Assembly (NCBI GenBank): GCA_023251875.1
Contig: JAHEXY010000005.1
Location: 251,008-315,007, forward strand
Source of the DNA: Bacteroidota bacterium
Lineage (GTDB): Bacteria > Bacteroidota > Bacteroidia > JAHEXY01
Direction: 5' to 3'
DNA length: 64,000 nucleotides
Below are positions 41,334-50,653 of the stretch, in pieces. The notes under the pieces are model-generated. The model saw only the letters and a program-made list of their open reading frames with translations, was not told where the DNA came from and searched no databases. Position numbers and translations under genes: made by a program. Numbering within the stretch: the stretch's first letter is position 1; each line of letters opens with the position of its first letter.

Positions 41334-42509
41334 CTACTGAATAATAAACTTATCTTTTGCTACCAATTTATCTTTATTAATAATTTCATAAAAATAAGTT
41401 CCTCCGGAGAGATTACCGCGATCGATATCAATTGATAAATCTCCGCCTTTTGCCTGTTGAATACCTCCAATATTCATTTGTGCAGTAATCTCTTTTCCTG
41501 TAATATCAAATATTTTAAGATGAATATCTGAAGTATGATTTACTTTTAACCCATGCACCAACATAGTAGCTGAAGATGCAATAGGATGGGGATAAATTTG
41601 AATGGTTACATCATCAGAAACATAAAAATCATGCGTAAATGTAATTACTGTATTTTTCCAAATTTCATAAATTGAATTTCCACTTGAACTTTCACCGGCA
41701 TAAGGCAAGCCATACATTTCTTCAAGTGTTCTGAGCATATCATAATGATTGTATTTAGTATTACTGTAACTTCCTCCTATTACATTTTGGCCAATAAATA
41801 TAGCCGGTACTTTGTTATTTGAAATATAACTTTCTGTTTCATCAAAAGTAATAATGAGCAAGCTGTTGTGTGTTTTTGCCCATTTTACATATCCGGCCAA
41901 ATTCTTTTTAACCCATGCATCTCCTTGCGGAACTGTTCCATCATGCATGTCATTATCTAAATTGGGAATAACCCAACATAGTGTAGGTAAAGAATCATAA
42001 TCAGAAGGAAAAGAGGTAAAGGGTAAATTATCTTTTGCGGGAATACCATTTTGAGATGCATCTTGCCAATCGAGCCATGGACAATGTCTACGAACCCATT
42101 GACCAACATCACTACCCGTATAACCAACAGAGGGTAAATCTTCTGAATAACCAATAAAGGAATAGCCTTTCTTTAGTAAAGAACCTCCTAAATTTTCAGT
42201 AGTATAAGGTAATGTAGATGAGATAGGATCGAAATCAAGAATTACGCTTTGGCCATCTCCGGAAAAAAGTCTAACATAATTAGGCTGACTGGGATGGGTT
42301 AATGCAAAGTATTTTTCAAGCAATGCACAATTTGAATCAGCAAGTAAACTATTTAAATAAGGAGCGTCACTGCTTCCAATAATACTACCGTAGTTTTTGT
42401 TTTCTAAAATCACAATCATTACATGATCGTGATAAGGTATAGTTTGGGAATAAGTTGGTGTTTTAAATAAATTTAGGCATGCTAAAATAACTAGTAAATA
42501 CTTCTTCAT
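41334..42509 (-). CDS. Phosphoesterase/acid phosphatase (SapM-like) with T9SS type A CTD
   Basis: HVMIVILENK, THPSQPNY, DNDMHDG, ITFDE and HYDMLRT; YPHP...GTYFY CTD. Confidence 0.88.
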   Translation of the reverse strand: MKKYLLVILACLNLFKTPTYSQTIPYHDHVMIVILENKNYGSIIGSSDAPYLNSLLADSNCALLEKYFALTHPSQPNYVRLFSGDGQSVILDFDPISSTLPYTTENLGGSLLKKGYSFIGYSEDLPSVGYTGSDVGQWVRRHCPWLDWQDASQNGIPAKDNLPFTSFPSDYDSLPTLCWVIPNLDNDMHDGTVPQGDAWVKKNLAGYVKWAKTHNSLLIITFDETESYISNNKVPAIFIGQNVIGGSYSNTKYNHYDMLRTLEEMYGLPYAGESSSGNSIYEIWKNTVITFTHDFYVSDDVTIQIYPHPIASSATMLVHGLKVNHTSDIHLKIFDITGKEITAQMNIGGIQQAKGGDLSIDIDRGNLSGGTYFYEIINKDKLVAKDKFIIQ

Positions 42510-42629
42510 AATAAAAAAAATAATTTAGGTTAAATTAGAGATACAATATGCTACCTCCCAGGGGAATTTTGGTACACGAAGATAATAAATATTATTGTGC
42601 TAAAAAAGAGAGAATTGGGAGATTGAAGC

Positions 42630-44189
42630 TTAAGCAATACCTACTTTAATACGAGTGCCAGGCTTAAGAGACTTTTCGTTACGGATATTATTGAGGCTTT
42701 TTAATTTTTGAACACTAATACCACTTTGGTTTGCAATATCCCATAAAGTATCTCCTTTTTGAACGGTATAATACACAAATAAACTTTTATTGGTAGTGTT
42801 GCTATTATTTTCGTTAGATACTTGCTCTGTTTTCTTTTCTTCTTTTTGGATAGTTTCTTCACTCTTAGCCATTAATTGAGCCACATCAACAGTATGAACC
42901 GACAATTTTTGTCCAATATAAATAGTTCCTTTTTTTAATTCATTCCAAGCTGTAATATCGGAAACGGAACAATTGTATTTTTTAGCTATTAATCCTAATG
43001 ACTCTCCTTTTTTTACTACATGTGTTCGTATTAATGTTTTTTGAGAAGAGGGATCAGCACTTGCCATTTCCAATTCCATTTGAGGGTTGTTTCTGTCGGG
43101 TTCCGTACTACATAAATACATATTGTAAATATCTTGTTCGCAATAGTTGTAATCACATAATTTATCTTTTGGTAAACAAATGGTGTGAGATAATGTATTA
43201 ACAGCTACCGCATCATTTTTATAAACAGGATTCAAATATTTTAAATCTTCAATGGGTACTTCTAAAACTTCGGCTAAATGGTTAAAAGAAAAACTGCCGC
43301 TTACCTCAACTTTAGTTAAATCATTATAGGTAAATTTTGGTGCAGTACGACAAATATTATGTTCATGCGCAAAATTCATTACATAGGCTGCTCCTATAAA
43401 TGCAGGAACGTAACCTTGAGTTTCTTTTGGTAAATAGGGGCGAAGTTCCCAATACGTTCTCTTTCCGCCTGACTTTGTAATTGCTTTTCTTATTGTTCCA
43501 GGCCCTGCATTATAGGCAGAAAGTGCCAATTGCCAATCTCCAAAATAACCATATAGTTCTTTTAAATATTTACAAGCAGCCTCGGTTGCTTGCTCAGGGT
43601 CTTTTCTTTCATCTATTTCATTATTAATAGTTAAGCCAAATAGTTTGCCTGTTGGTGGCATAAATTGCCAAAGTCCGGCAGCTCCTGATCTTGATTTAGC
43701 AACAGGATTTAAAGCAGATTCAATAATGGATAAATACTTTAATTCTTTAGGCAATCCATATTCTGCAAGTTTTTGTTCGTATAATGGAAAATACAATTCC
43801 GCAAGGCCCATCATACGTGAAATCATCCCTCTCTTGTTGTCAGAAAAAAGTTTTACATAGGCTAGGGTTGCATTGTTATAATCAAATGAAATTGCGCTAT
43901 TGGTATTCATTTCACTTAAACGAGCTTGAATGATTGCATCGTCATAAGTTGGTATAAATGCAGAAGGATAGCCGTATTCATTGAGAATGGTTCCTTCCGG
44001 ATAAGAGCCATCGCAATCAGCAAATTGTAAAGTAACGAGCTCATCAACAGTTGAAGGAGAAATAGTTTCAGGCATGGTGCCAATAGCAACAGAATCTATT
44101 GTAGGTTGTATTTCATCTTGAACTTGAGCCAATGAAATGCTCAAAAATCCTAAAATAAAAACACTTGTATATACTATTCTGTTTATCAT
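42630..44189 (-). CDS. Lytic transglycosylase with two LysM domains (MltD-like)
   Basis: IIESALNP, AAGLWQFM, AYNAGPG and LPKETQGYV; LysM motifs VKKGESL and VQKGDTL. Confidence 0.92.
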   Translation of the reverse strand: MINRIVYTSVFILGFLSISLAQVQDEIQPTIDSVAIGTMPETISPSTVDELVTLQFADCDGSYPEGTILNEYGYPSAFIPTYDDAIIQARLSEMNTNSAISFDYNNATLAYVKLFSDNKRGMISRMMGLAELYFPLYEQKLAEYGLPKELKYLSIIESALNPVAKSRSGAAGLWQFMPPTGKLFGLTINNEIDERKDPEQATEAACKYLKELYGYFGDWQLALSAYNAGPGTIRKAITKSGGKRTYWELRPYLPKETQGYVPAFIGAAYVMNFAHEHNICRTAPKFTYNDLTKVEVSGSFSFNHLAEVLEVPIEDLKYLNPVYKNDAVAVNTLSHTICLPKDKLCDYNYCEQDIYNMYLCSTEPDRNNPQMELEMASADPSSQKTLIRTHVVKKGESLGLIAKKYNCSVSDITAWNELKKGTIYIGQKLSVHTVDVAQLMAKSEETIQKEEKKTEQVSNENNSNTTNKSLFVYYTVQKGDTLWDIANQSGISVQKLKSLNNIRNEKSLKPGTRIKVGIA

Positions 44190-44484
44190 TTATTGTTCTG
44201 TTGAGGTAAATAAGTATTTAATACGTGAAAAAATTAAAAATGTTTCGTTTTTAATCTAAATACTTATTAACAATCTAAATGGTCATTTTTACAAAAATGC
44301 AATATGTAAGTATGTGTTCTAGCTTCAAGATAAAAAAGTTTTTAACAATTGCCTACTCATAAGCCTAGTTTTAACGCTTTTTAATCAGATTATTTGAATA
44401 AGTATAGCTATATAATAGATTGTAATACTATATTTTGAAGTAAAATAAAAACCGACATATGTAGCTAGGTGTAGAGTTGTAACT

Positions 44485-46515
44485 TCATTGACCTGTTACT
44501 ACTTTCCCGAGATTCACTTCTCCATCTTTAAGTTTTCCGTCTAAAACCGCATTTCCTTTTTTGTCGATTACAGCAGCTTGTAATGAAGTAGCGCTAAGCA
44601 TACCTTCTCCCTTGCGGTTATCTGATAAAATAATATTTTTTACTGCCGACATTTTAAGTGTATTTCCATCGGTACTTATTTTAAAAGTCGCATTGTTCTG
44701 AACAATTATAAAACCGCTCCCTTCTTCGCCAAAAACCAATGGATTTCCATCGGTAGTTTCAACTATAATAGTACCATCTGTATTGGTAACTGACTTTACC
44801 CTTTTCAATTCTCCATACATAGCGGGGCTTTTTGATTTAAAATCAGATGGTAATGCTTTCACTATTTCAGTACCACTTACATCATCACCCGGCTTAAGCA
44901 TATTCGAAAGGGTAAAAAGCGCTACTGTTCCTTCCTGTATGTCTTTTCTCTTGGCTGCTTCTGCTATAAGTTGGTCGGCTTTTAATGCGGCTTCTCCTGT
45001 AGGGTCAATAAATAATATTGGATTATTATTCATGGAATTATAGGGGCTCATGGATGGAAATTTTTGTGCCAATGGATCAATTGACAATGCAAATAGTACA
45101 GGATCGGTATTGGTTATAGCAAATGCAAGTGTATTATCAAAAGCAATTGTAGCTGCTTCTATATTTAAACTTACCATACCAATGCTGTAAGCATTTTTTG
45201 TTTCATGTAATTCGGGAAATTTATTTTTTGAAAGGGTGTAATAATTTTGTTTGTTATCAATTTGTTGAAATGGAGCTATTTTTTTTGTTGATTTTGCAAA
45301 AGGTACTATACCTGAAGTTTCAGCCATTAATAATTCTTGCATATTGCCCGGCATAGGTTCATAGCCATAATCATGAAGTTTGGTAACCACATCAATTAAG
45401 TCAGAAATTTTGCTAATATTTTCAAGTGCTGTTTCATAGTTATTATTTGTCAATTCATTTTTTATTTTTTCTTCCAATACTTGCTCTTTGAACAATAGCG
45501 CACTTAGATTTGTTGAATCATATTTTAGAACTACATTCACACAATTTAACTCAAACTCTTTCATTCGTAATTCTGCATTCATCATTCTTAATTTTTTCTC
45601 ATAGCCTTTTGCCAAATAAACTAAACTCAATGCAACCGCTTCTTTTTCATTAAGCCTTTTCATAGCTATGCCCTTGGTAATGGCTTCATGTGTGGTATAG
45701 GTATAAGTTTTAATGGTGCCGCTGCAGGGAAATGATTGAGTAGGAATTTCAATATTGTAGTAATTTCCATCAAAGCCTTTGTGTTGGATAAATATATGCT
45801 GGGGAGCTGTGCTAAGAAAAGCATTGCTTTGCAAGCGCAATGAAAAAATATAATACAAGGCTGATAATGAAAAACAATTTCCTATTTTAGTGAGACTTAA
45901 TTCCGCTTTTTCAGCGGAATTATTAGTCGAACTAATCCCGCTTTGGCGGGATATTTCATCAGTAGATGATACAAGATTAGAAACCATTGTTACTTCCCAC
46001 TTATCATTTCCATAAGGATCTTGTTTTGCATATTGCATGGGGTATTGAGTAACATAAGTATTTTCTTGCTTCCAAAAAGTAGTATCGGTTAAGTAAGTAA
46101 AAATAGCCCAGTTTAAAAGACACCCCTCTCCGGCTCTCCCCGAAGGGGAGAGGGGAAGAACGCTATTTTCAAACTGAAAAGGTTTAGAAACTCTATCTTT
46201 ATTTGCATTAGCCAATTGAAGAATTCGATTGGTATGAAAATTCAATGTTTCTGTAAATGCCTTTTTTGATAATGTATTATCGTGGTAAGCATTTTCAATT
46301 TCAAAAATGGCCTCTTCAAAACTTAAAATTGATTTGCCATTGAGCATGTTGTTTAGTTGCTCATAAGCTGTTTGATAATTTAAATTTGTTAACGAATCAT
46401 TCGTATCATTTGCAAATAAATTAGTTGCAGTGAATAAAAATAAAATTAGGGCCGGCAACAAAAAATGAATTTTTGTTAGGCTGATAATGTTTTGAATTTT
46501 GTTGTTGTTGAACAT
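44485..46515 (-). CDS. Shell-less RHS-like polymorphic protein A: signal peptide + transglutaminase-like domain + RHS cleavage motif + unknown 169-aa C-terminus
   Basis: GNCFSL...APQHIFI; SIDPLAQKFPSMSPYNSMNNNPILFIDPTG; paralog of 47494-49695 up to DPxG. Confidence 0.75.
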   Translation of the reverse strand: MFNNNKIQNIISLTKIHFLLPALILFLFTATNLFANDTNDSLTNLNYQTAYEQLNNMLNGKSILSFEEAIFEIENAYHDNTLSKKAFTETLNFHTNRILQLANANKDRVSKPFQFENSVLPLSPSGRAGEGCLLNWAIFTYLTDTTFWKQENTYVTQYPMQYAKQDPYGNDKWEVTMVSNLVSSTDEISRQSGISSTNNSAEKAELSLTKIGNCFSLSALYYIFSLRLQSNAFLSTAPQHIFIQHKGFDGNYYNIEIPTQSFPCSGTIKTYTYTTHEAITKGIAMKRLNEKEAVALSLVYLAKGYEKKLRMMNAELRMKEFELNCVNVVLKYDSTNLSALLFKEQVLEEKIKNELTNNNYETALENISKISDLIDVVTKLHDYGYEPMPGNMQELLMAETSGIVPFAKSTKKIAPFQQIDNKQNYYTLSKNKFPELHETKNAYSIGMVSLNIEAATIAFDNTLAFAITNTDPVLFALSIDPLAQKFPSMSPYNSMNNNPILFIDPTGEAALKADQLIAEAAKRKDIQEGTVALFTLSNMLKPGDDVSGTEIVKALPSDFKSKSPAMYGELKRVKSVTNTDGTIIVETTDGNPLVFGEEGSGFIIVQNNATFKISTDGNTLKMSAVKNIILSDNRKGEGMLSATSLQAAVIDKKGNAVLDGKLKDGEVNLGKVVTGQ
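45561..45595. repeat. Heptamer tandem repeat inside the CDS (second copy at 48741-48775)
   Basis: tcattcg-taattct-gcattca-tcattct-taatttt; encodes LRMMNAELRMK. Confidence 0.6.
45887..45953. repeat. Composite palindromic element inserted in-frame (second copy at 49067-49133)
   Basis: ttagtgagact-aattccgct/agcggaatt-agtcgaactaa-tcccgc/gcggga; same family as the intergenic copies. Confidence 0.8.
46123..46156. repeat. REP-like CTCTCCCC/GGGGAGAG element inserted in-frame (second copy at 49303-49336)
   Basis: cccctctccggctctccccgaaggggagagggga; resembles 61153-61186. Confidence 0.75.
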
Positions 46516-46657
46516 ATTTTGTTGTTATAGTTTTGGTGCTGTTTTTTATTTAATATTGATAGATGAAACTACTGTCATTTTATATTTGGTATCACTCTAG
46601 TTTTTTTATTATCTTAGGTATAAGAAAAGTGTATGTTATATACTAAAACGATATACT

Positions 46658-46894
46658 ATGTCAAACATTGAAATAAAAAAACGGCTTATTAATAAAATAA
46701 AGTCAAGCAAAAATCAGCTTCTGCTCGAAGAAATATACAGATTACTTGAACTTGAATATGATAACTTTGAAATATTGGAATTATCTGTTGGCCAAAAAAA
46801 TGCAATTCGCAAAGGCCAATTGGATATTAAAAAAGGAAAAACGCTAAGCAACGAACAAGCAAATGCAGAAATTGATCAATGGCTAAAAAAATAA
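46658..46894 (+). CDS. Putative type II antitoxin
   Basis: 78 aa; AIRKGQLDIKKGKTLS motif; overlaps the downstream ParE-like toxin. Confidence 0.75.
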   Translation: MSNIEIKKRLINKIKSSKNQLLLEEIYRLLELEYDNFEILELSVGQKNAIRKGQLDIKKGKTLSNEQANAEIDQWLKK

Positions 46895-47193
46895 AATGGT
46901 CAGTACAGTCGCATAAAGACCGAAAGCGTATTCTGCAATTTTGGATAAAGCATAATAAATCTAAAGTATATAGCATAAAACTAAATTTACTTTTTAAGCA
47001 TGCGATACAAATCATTTCTAAATTTCCGAAAATTGGAAAGATTACGGATATAAAAAATGTTAGGGCTAAAATTGTTCGCAATTACTATATTTTCTACAAA
47101 GAAACAAAAAATGAAATTTTTATTATTTCCATTTGTGATGCCAAACAAGACCCTGTCAATATTGAAACGAAAGTAAAAAAAATCATGTCTTAA
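46879..47193 (+). CDS. RelE/ParE family toxin
   Basis: IKWSVQS...FPKIGK...NYYIFY...IISICDAKQDP. Confidence 0.85.
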   Translation: MAKKIKWSVQSHKDRKRILQFWIKHNKSKVYSIKLNLLFKHAIQIISKFPKIGKITDIKNVRAKIVRNYYIFYKETKNEIFIISICDAKQDPVNIETKVKKIMS

Positions 47194-47217
47194 ATGCATT
47201 ATTTTTAAAGAGATGAA

Positions 47218-47243
47218 TTTCACCTATCAATATTTCAAAGAAC
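47218..47243 (-). promoter_or_regulatory. boxA-like motif plus stalk arm (other copies at 50347-50372 and 50977-51001)
   Basis: Minus strand reads GTTCTTTGAAATATTGATAGGTGAAA; the arm is complementary to 46552-46568. Confidence 0.5.
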
Positions 47244-47327
47244 TTAGTGAGAATCAATTTTTGCAATCCCGATTTATCGGGAGCAGTAAAAATTGTAAGT
47301 CGAACTAATCCCGCTTTTAGGCGAGAT
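47244..47327. repeat. Composite palindromic element
   Basis: ttagtgaga...agtcgaactaatcccgcttttaggcgagat. Confidence 0.75.
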
Positions 47328-47347
47328 AGTATGATTTTATTTTTATA

Positions 47348-47380
47348 AGCTTTACCAAAGTTTATAACTTTGGTAAAGCT
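47348..47380. repeat. 33-bp hairpin AGCTTTACCAAAGTT-nnn-AACTTTGGTAAAGCT (other copies at 50467-50499 and 51018-51050)
   Basis: Perfect 15-bp arms in all three copies. Confidence 0.85.
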
Positions 47381-47493
47381 GGGTATTGCTTTGTAATTTT
47401 ATTATGTAGGATTACAAATCCTATTTTTTTAATAAAGGCAAAATGCCTTCTCATAATTGGCATTGGGTAGTCCTAGCGCCATCAGGATATTCT

Positions 47494-49695
47494 CTATTTT
47501 TCGTTATAGTTTGGTACTTCACCTTCTTGCTTGGTTCCAATATCAATGTCTTCATGATTTGTTATTCTGGCTGCGCCTTTTGTTTCTGTGGCAAGCCTTT
47601 CTTTTTGGTCGTGTAAAATGAAATATATATTCCATCCGGCATTATCGCCATTTTCAATATTGGGTAATTCATTCTCAACAGGACTCAAAACTGTGCATTG
47701 ATCACCTCTATGATTATTTCTTTCTCCTTCTCCCGTTACCTTTACAAAATCTCTTTCCCTGCCACTTATTACCCTATCCTCTTCCCAATTATCCATATCA
47801 TCAAATGTTTTTGATCCTACATCTTCTCTGTATTGTTTTGTATTAGAAATGTTTTGATCGGCATGATCTAGTTCGTGCAATAAGTTTGTGGCAGGAGATG
47901 TGCTCTCTCCGGTTGGAGTGCCCTTATCATCAACAATGGCAAGTCCGGATGAAGCATCCCAGGAAATTATTCCACTATTTTTAACTCGCTTACCTGATGA
48001 TGGGTAAAATTCATAACCATAAGAAACTTTATCTATTCCATTAACCTCTGTAACGGTTATCATTTCTGAACTTTTCCCTAATTTATCAACAATATCAGCC
48101 TGACCATTTTCCCGAAGGTACTGAAGTGCCAAATAAAATTTTCCTTGAAATTCCTGACTTGTGCCCTTTGCAAATCTAAATTCTTTTCCATCTGGATCAA
48201 CATAAATAATTGGATTATTTCCCATAGCATTGTATGGGCTCATGGATGGAAACTTTTCTGCCAAAGGATCAATTGACAAAGCAAACAAAACCGGATCGGT
48301 ATTATTAAACGCAAGTTCAACTGTATTATCAAAAGCAATTGTGCCTTCAGTTACATTCATACTTAGCATACCAATATTGTAGGTGTTTTTTGTTTCATGC
48401 AATTCAGGAAATTTATTTTTTGAAAGTGTGTAATAATTTTGTTTGGTATCAATTTCTTGAAATGGAGCTATTTTTTTGCTACTTTTTTTCGTAGATACAC
48501 TCTGCATGTCTGCCAATAATAGTTCCTGCATATTGCTTGGCATAGGTTCGTAGCCGTAATCATGAAGTTTGGTAACCATATCTACTAGTCCGGTAATTTC
48601 ATTCGCACCTTCATATCCTGCTTCATTTGCTAATTCATTTTTTATTTTTTCTTCCAACACTTGCTCTTTGAGCAATAGCGCACTTAGATTTGTTGAATCA
48701 TATTGTAGAACTACATTCACACAATTTAACTCAAACTCTTTCATTCGTAATTCTTCATTCATCATTCTTAATTTTTTCTCATATCCTTTTGCCAAATAAA
48801 CTAAATTCAATGCAACCGCTTCTTTTTCACTCAGCCTTTTCATGGCTATGCCGTTAGCAACAGCTTCATGTGTGGTATAGGTATAGGTTTTAATAGTCCC
48901 GCTGCCTGGAAATGATTGTGTTGGCAATTCTACATTATAATAATTTCCATCAAAGCCTTTGTGTTGGATAAATATATGCTGGGGAGCTGTGCTAAGAAAA
49001 GCATTGCTTTGCAAGCGCAACGAAAAAATATAATACAAGGCTGATAATGAAAAACAATTTCCTATTTTAGTGAGACTTAATTCCGCTTTTTCAGCGGAAT
49101 TATTAGTCGAACTAATCCCGCTTTGGCGGGATATTTCATCAGTAGATGATACAAGATTAGAAACCATTGTTACTTCCCACTTATCATTTCCATAAGGATC
49201 TTGTTTTGCATATTGCATGGGGTATTGAGTAACATAAGTATTTTCTTGCTTCCAAAAAGTAGTATCGGTTAAGTAAGTAAAAATAGCCCAGTTTAAAAGA
49301 CACCCCTCTCCGGCTCTCCCCGAAGGGGAGAGGGGAAGAACGCTATTTTCAAACTGAAAAGGTTTAGAAACTCTATCTTTATTTGCATTAGCCAATTGAA
49401 GAATTCGATTGGTATGAAAATTCAATGTTTCTGTAAATTCTGTTTTTGAAAGCCGATTATCAGAGTATGCATTTTCAATTACAAAAATAGCATCTTCAAA
49501 ACTTAAAATTGATTTGCCATTGAGCATGTTGTTTAGTTGCTCGTAGGCTTGTTGATAATATTGGTTTGTTAACGAATCATTCGTATCACTTGCAAATAAA
49601 TTAGTTGCAGTGAATAAAAATAAAATTAGGGCCGGCAACAAAAAATAAATTTTTGTTAGACTGAAAATATTTTGAATTTTGTTTTTATTGAACAT
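47494..49695 (-). CDS. Shell-less RHS-like polymorphic protein B with a HExxH (M91/NleD-like) metalloprotease C-terminus
   Basis: Same N-terminal body as protein A; SIDPLAEKFPSMSPYNAMGNNPIIYVDPDG; C-terminus SPATNLLHELDHA...NWEEDRVI...GEGERNNH. Confidence 0.78.
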   Translation of the reverse strand: MFNKNKIQNIFSLTKIYFLLPALILFLFTATNLFASDTNDSLTNQYYQQAYEQLNNMLNGKSILSFEDAIFVIENAYSDNRLSKTEFTETLNFHTNRILQLANANKDRVSKPFQFENSVLPLSPSGRAGEGCLLNWAIFTYLTDTTFWKQENTYVTQYPMQYAKQDPYGNDKWEVTMVSNLVSSTDEISRQSGISSTNNSAEKAELSLTKIGNCFSLSALYYIFSLRLQSNAFLSTAPQHIFIQHKGFDGNYYNVELPTQSFPGSGTIKTYTYTTHEAVANGIAMKRLSEKEAVALNLVYLAKGYEKKLRMMNEELRMKEFELNCVNVVLQYDSTNLSALLLKEQVLEEKIKNELANEAGYEGANEITGLVDMVTKLHDYGYEPMPSNMQELLLADMQSVSTKKSSKKIAPFQEIDTKQNYYTLSKNKFPELHETKNTYNIGMLSMNVTEGTIAFDNTVELAFNNTDPVLFALSIDPLAEKFPSMSPYNAMGNNPIIYVDPDGKEFRFAKGTSQEFQGKFYLALQYLRENGQADIVDKLGKSSEMITVTEVNGIDKVSYGYEFYPSSGKRVKNSGIISWDASSGLAIVDDKGTPTGESTSPATNLLHELDHADQNISNTKQYREDVGSKTFDDMDNWEEDRVISGRERDFVKVTGEGERNNHRGDQCTVLSPVENELPNIENGDNAGWNIYFILHDQKERLATETKGAARITNHEDIDIGTKQEGEVPNYNEK

Positions 49696-49805
49696 ATTTT
49701 TGTTGTTAAATTTTGTGCTGTTTTTTAAATGCTATTGATAGATGATATTCATTTTCTTTATTAATTAAAAGCCTTACCTTAGCATAATTAAATTATTACT
49801 TAGTT

Positions 49806-50018
49806 ATGCGACTTGTTTTATCAATACAGGATAGTAAGCTTTCTTTTTTTTTAGAACTTATTAGAAACTTTAGATTTATTAAAGTAGAAGTTCTTGATAA
49901 AGAACCTTCAAAAGAGGAAATAAAATCTAATATTCGTAAAGGTGTAAAAGAACTTCAATTAATAGAAAAGGGAAAGCTAAAAACTACTCCATTAAAAGAT
50001 TTTTTAAATGGCCTTTAA
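49806..50018 (+). CDS. Putative type II antitoxin
   Basis: 70 aa; FFLELI...IRKGVKELQLIEKGKLK; overlaps the toxin start. Confidence 0.75.
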   Translation: MRLVLSIQDSKLSFFLELIRNFRFIKVEVLDKEPSKEEIKSNIRKGVKELQLIEKGKLKTTPLKDFLNGL

Positions 50019-50337
50019 AGTTGAAACTACACCTAATTTTAATAAAGAAGCCAAACGCCTTATTAAAAAATACCCTTCCCTAAAATATGAATTAGCTGAG
50101 CTAGGCAGTGAACTGGAAAACAATCCTTTTCAAGGAGATTTGCTAGGTAATCACGTTTACAAAATCCGAATGGGTGTTGAAAGTAAAGGAAAAGGAAAAA
50201 GTGGTGGTGCACGAATTATTAGCCATGTAAAAGTGGTAAAGCAAATAATTTATCTTTTTTCCATATATAGCAAAGGAGAAAAAGATAGCATTACAAATGC
50301 TGAAATTAAAGAGCTGCTATTAGAAATTCCTAACTGA
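50008..50337 (+). CDS. RelE/HigB-like toxin
   Basis: FNKEAKRLIKKYPSL; YKIRM...KGKGKSGGARII; IYSKGEK. Confidence 0.88.
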   Translation: MAFKVETTPNFNKEAKRLIKKYPSLKYELAELGSELENNPFQGDLLGNHVYKIRMGVESKGKGKSGGARIISHVKVVKQIIYLFSIYSKGEKDSITNAEIKELLLEIPN

Positions 50338-50372
50338 TATAATGTATTTCACCTATCAATATTTCAAAGAGC

Positions 50373-50447
50373 TTAGTGAGACTCAGATTTTAGAAGCGAT
50401 AGCGAAAAAAATCTGTAAGTCGAACTAATCCCGCTTTTGGGCGGGAT
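50373..50447. repeat. Composite palindromic element
   Basis: Near-identical to 29993-30068. Confidence 0.8.
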
Positions 50448-50653
50448 TGTGTGATTCTATTTTTAAAGCTTTACCAAAGTTTTAAACTTTGGTAAAGCTG
50501 GGTAATTTTTTTGAAGGATTACAAATCCTGTATTATAGGGTTTGGTTTATAAAACCAAACTAGCTCTTTCGAATCCAAACCATCCGATATGCATAATTGC
50601 CAACTACCGTTATATTTCATAAATTTGACTCTATCAATCTAATTTTTACGAAT

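Noticed and set aside
46552-47234. IS/MITE carrying a TA pair with 17-bp terminal inverted repeats
   Set aside because: No transposase and no evident target-site duplication; the arms belong to the duplicated operon backbone.
44485-49695. Diversity-generating retroelement TR/VR pair
   Set aside because: No reverse transcriptase; both copies are full ORFs, and the differences do not appear to be adenine-restricted.
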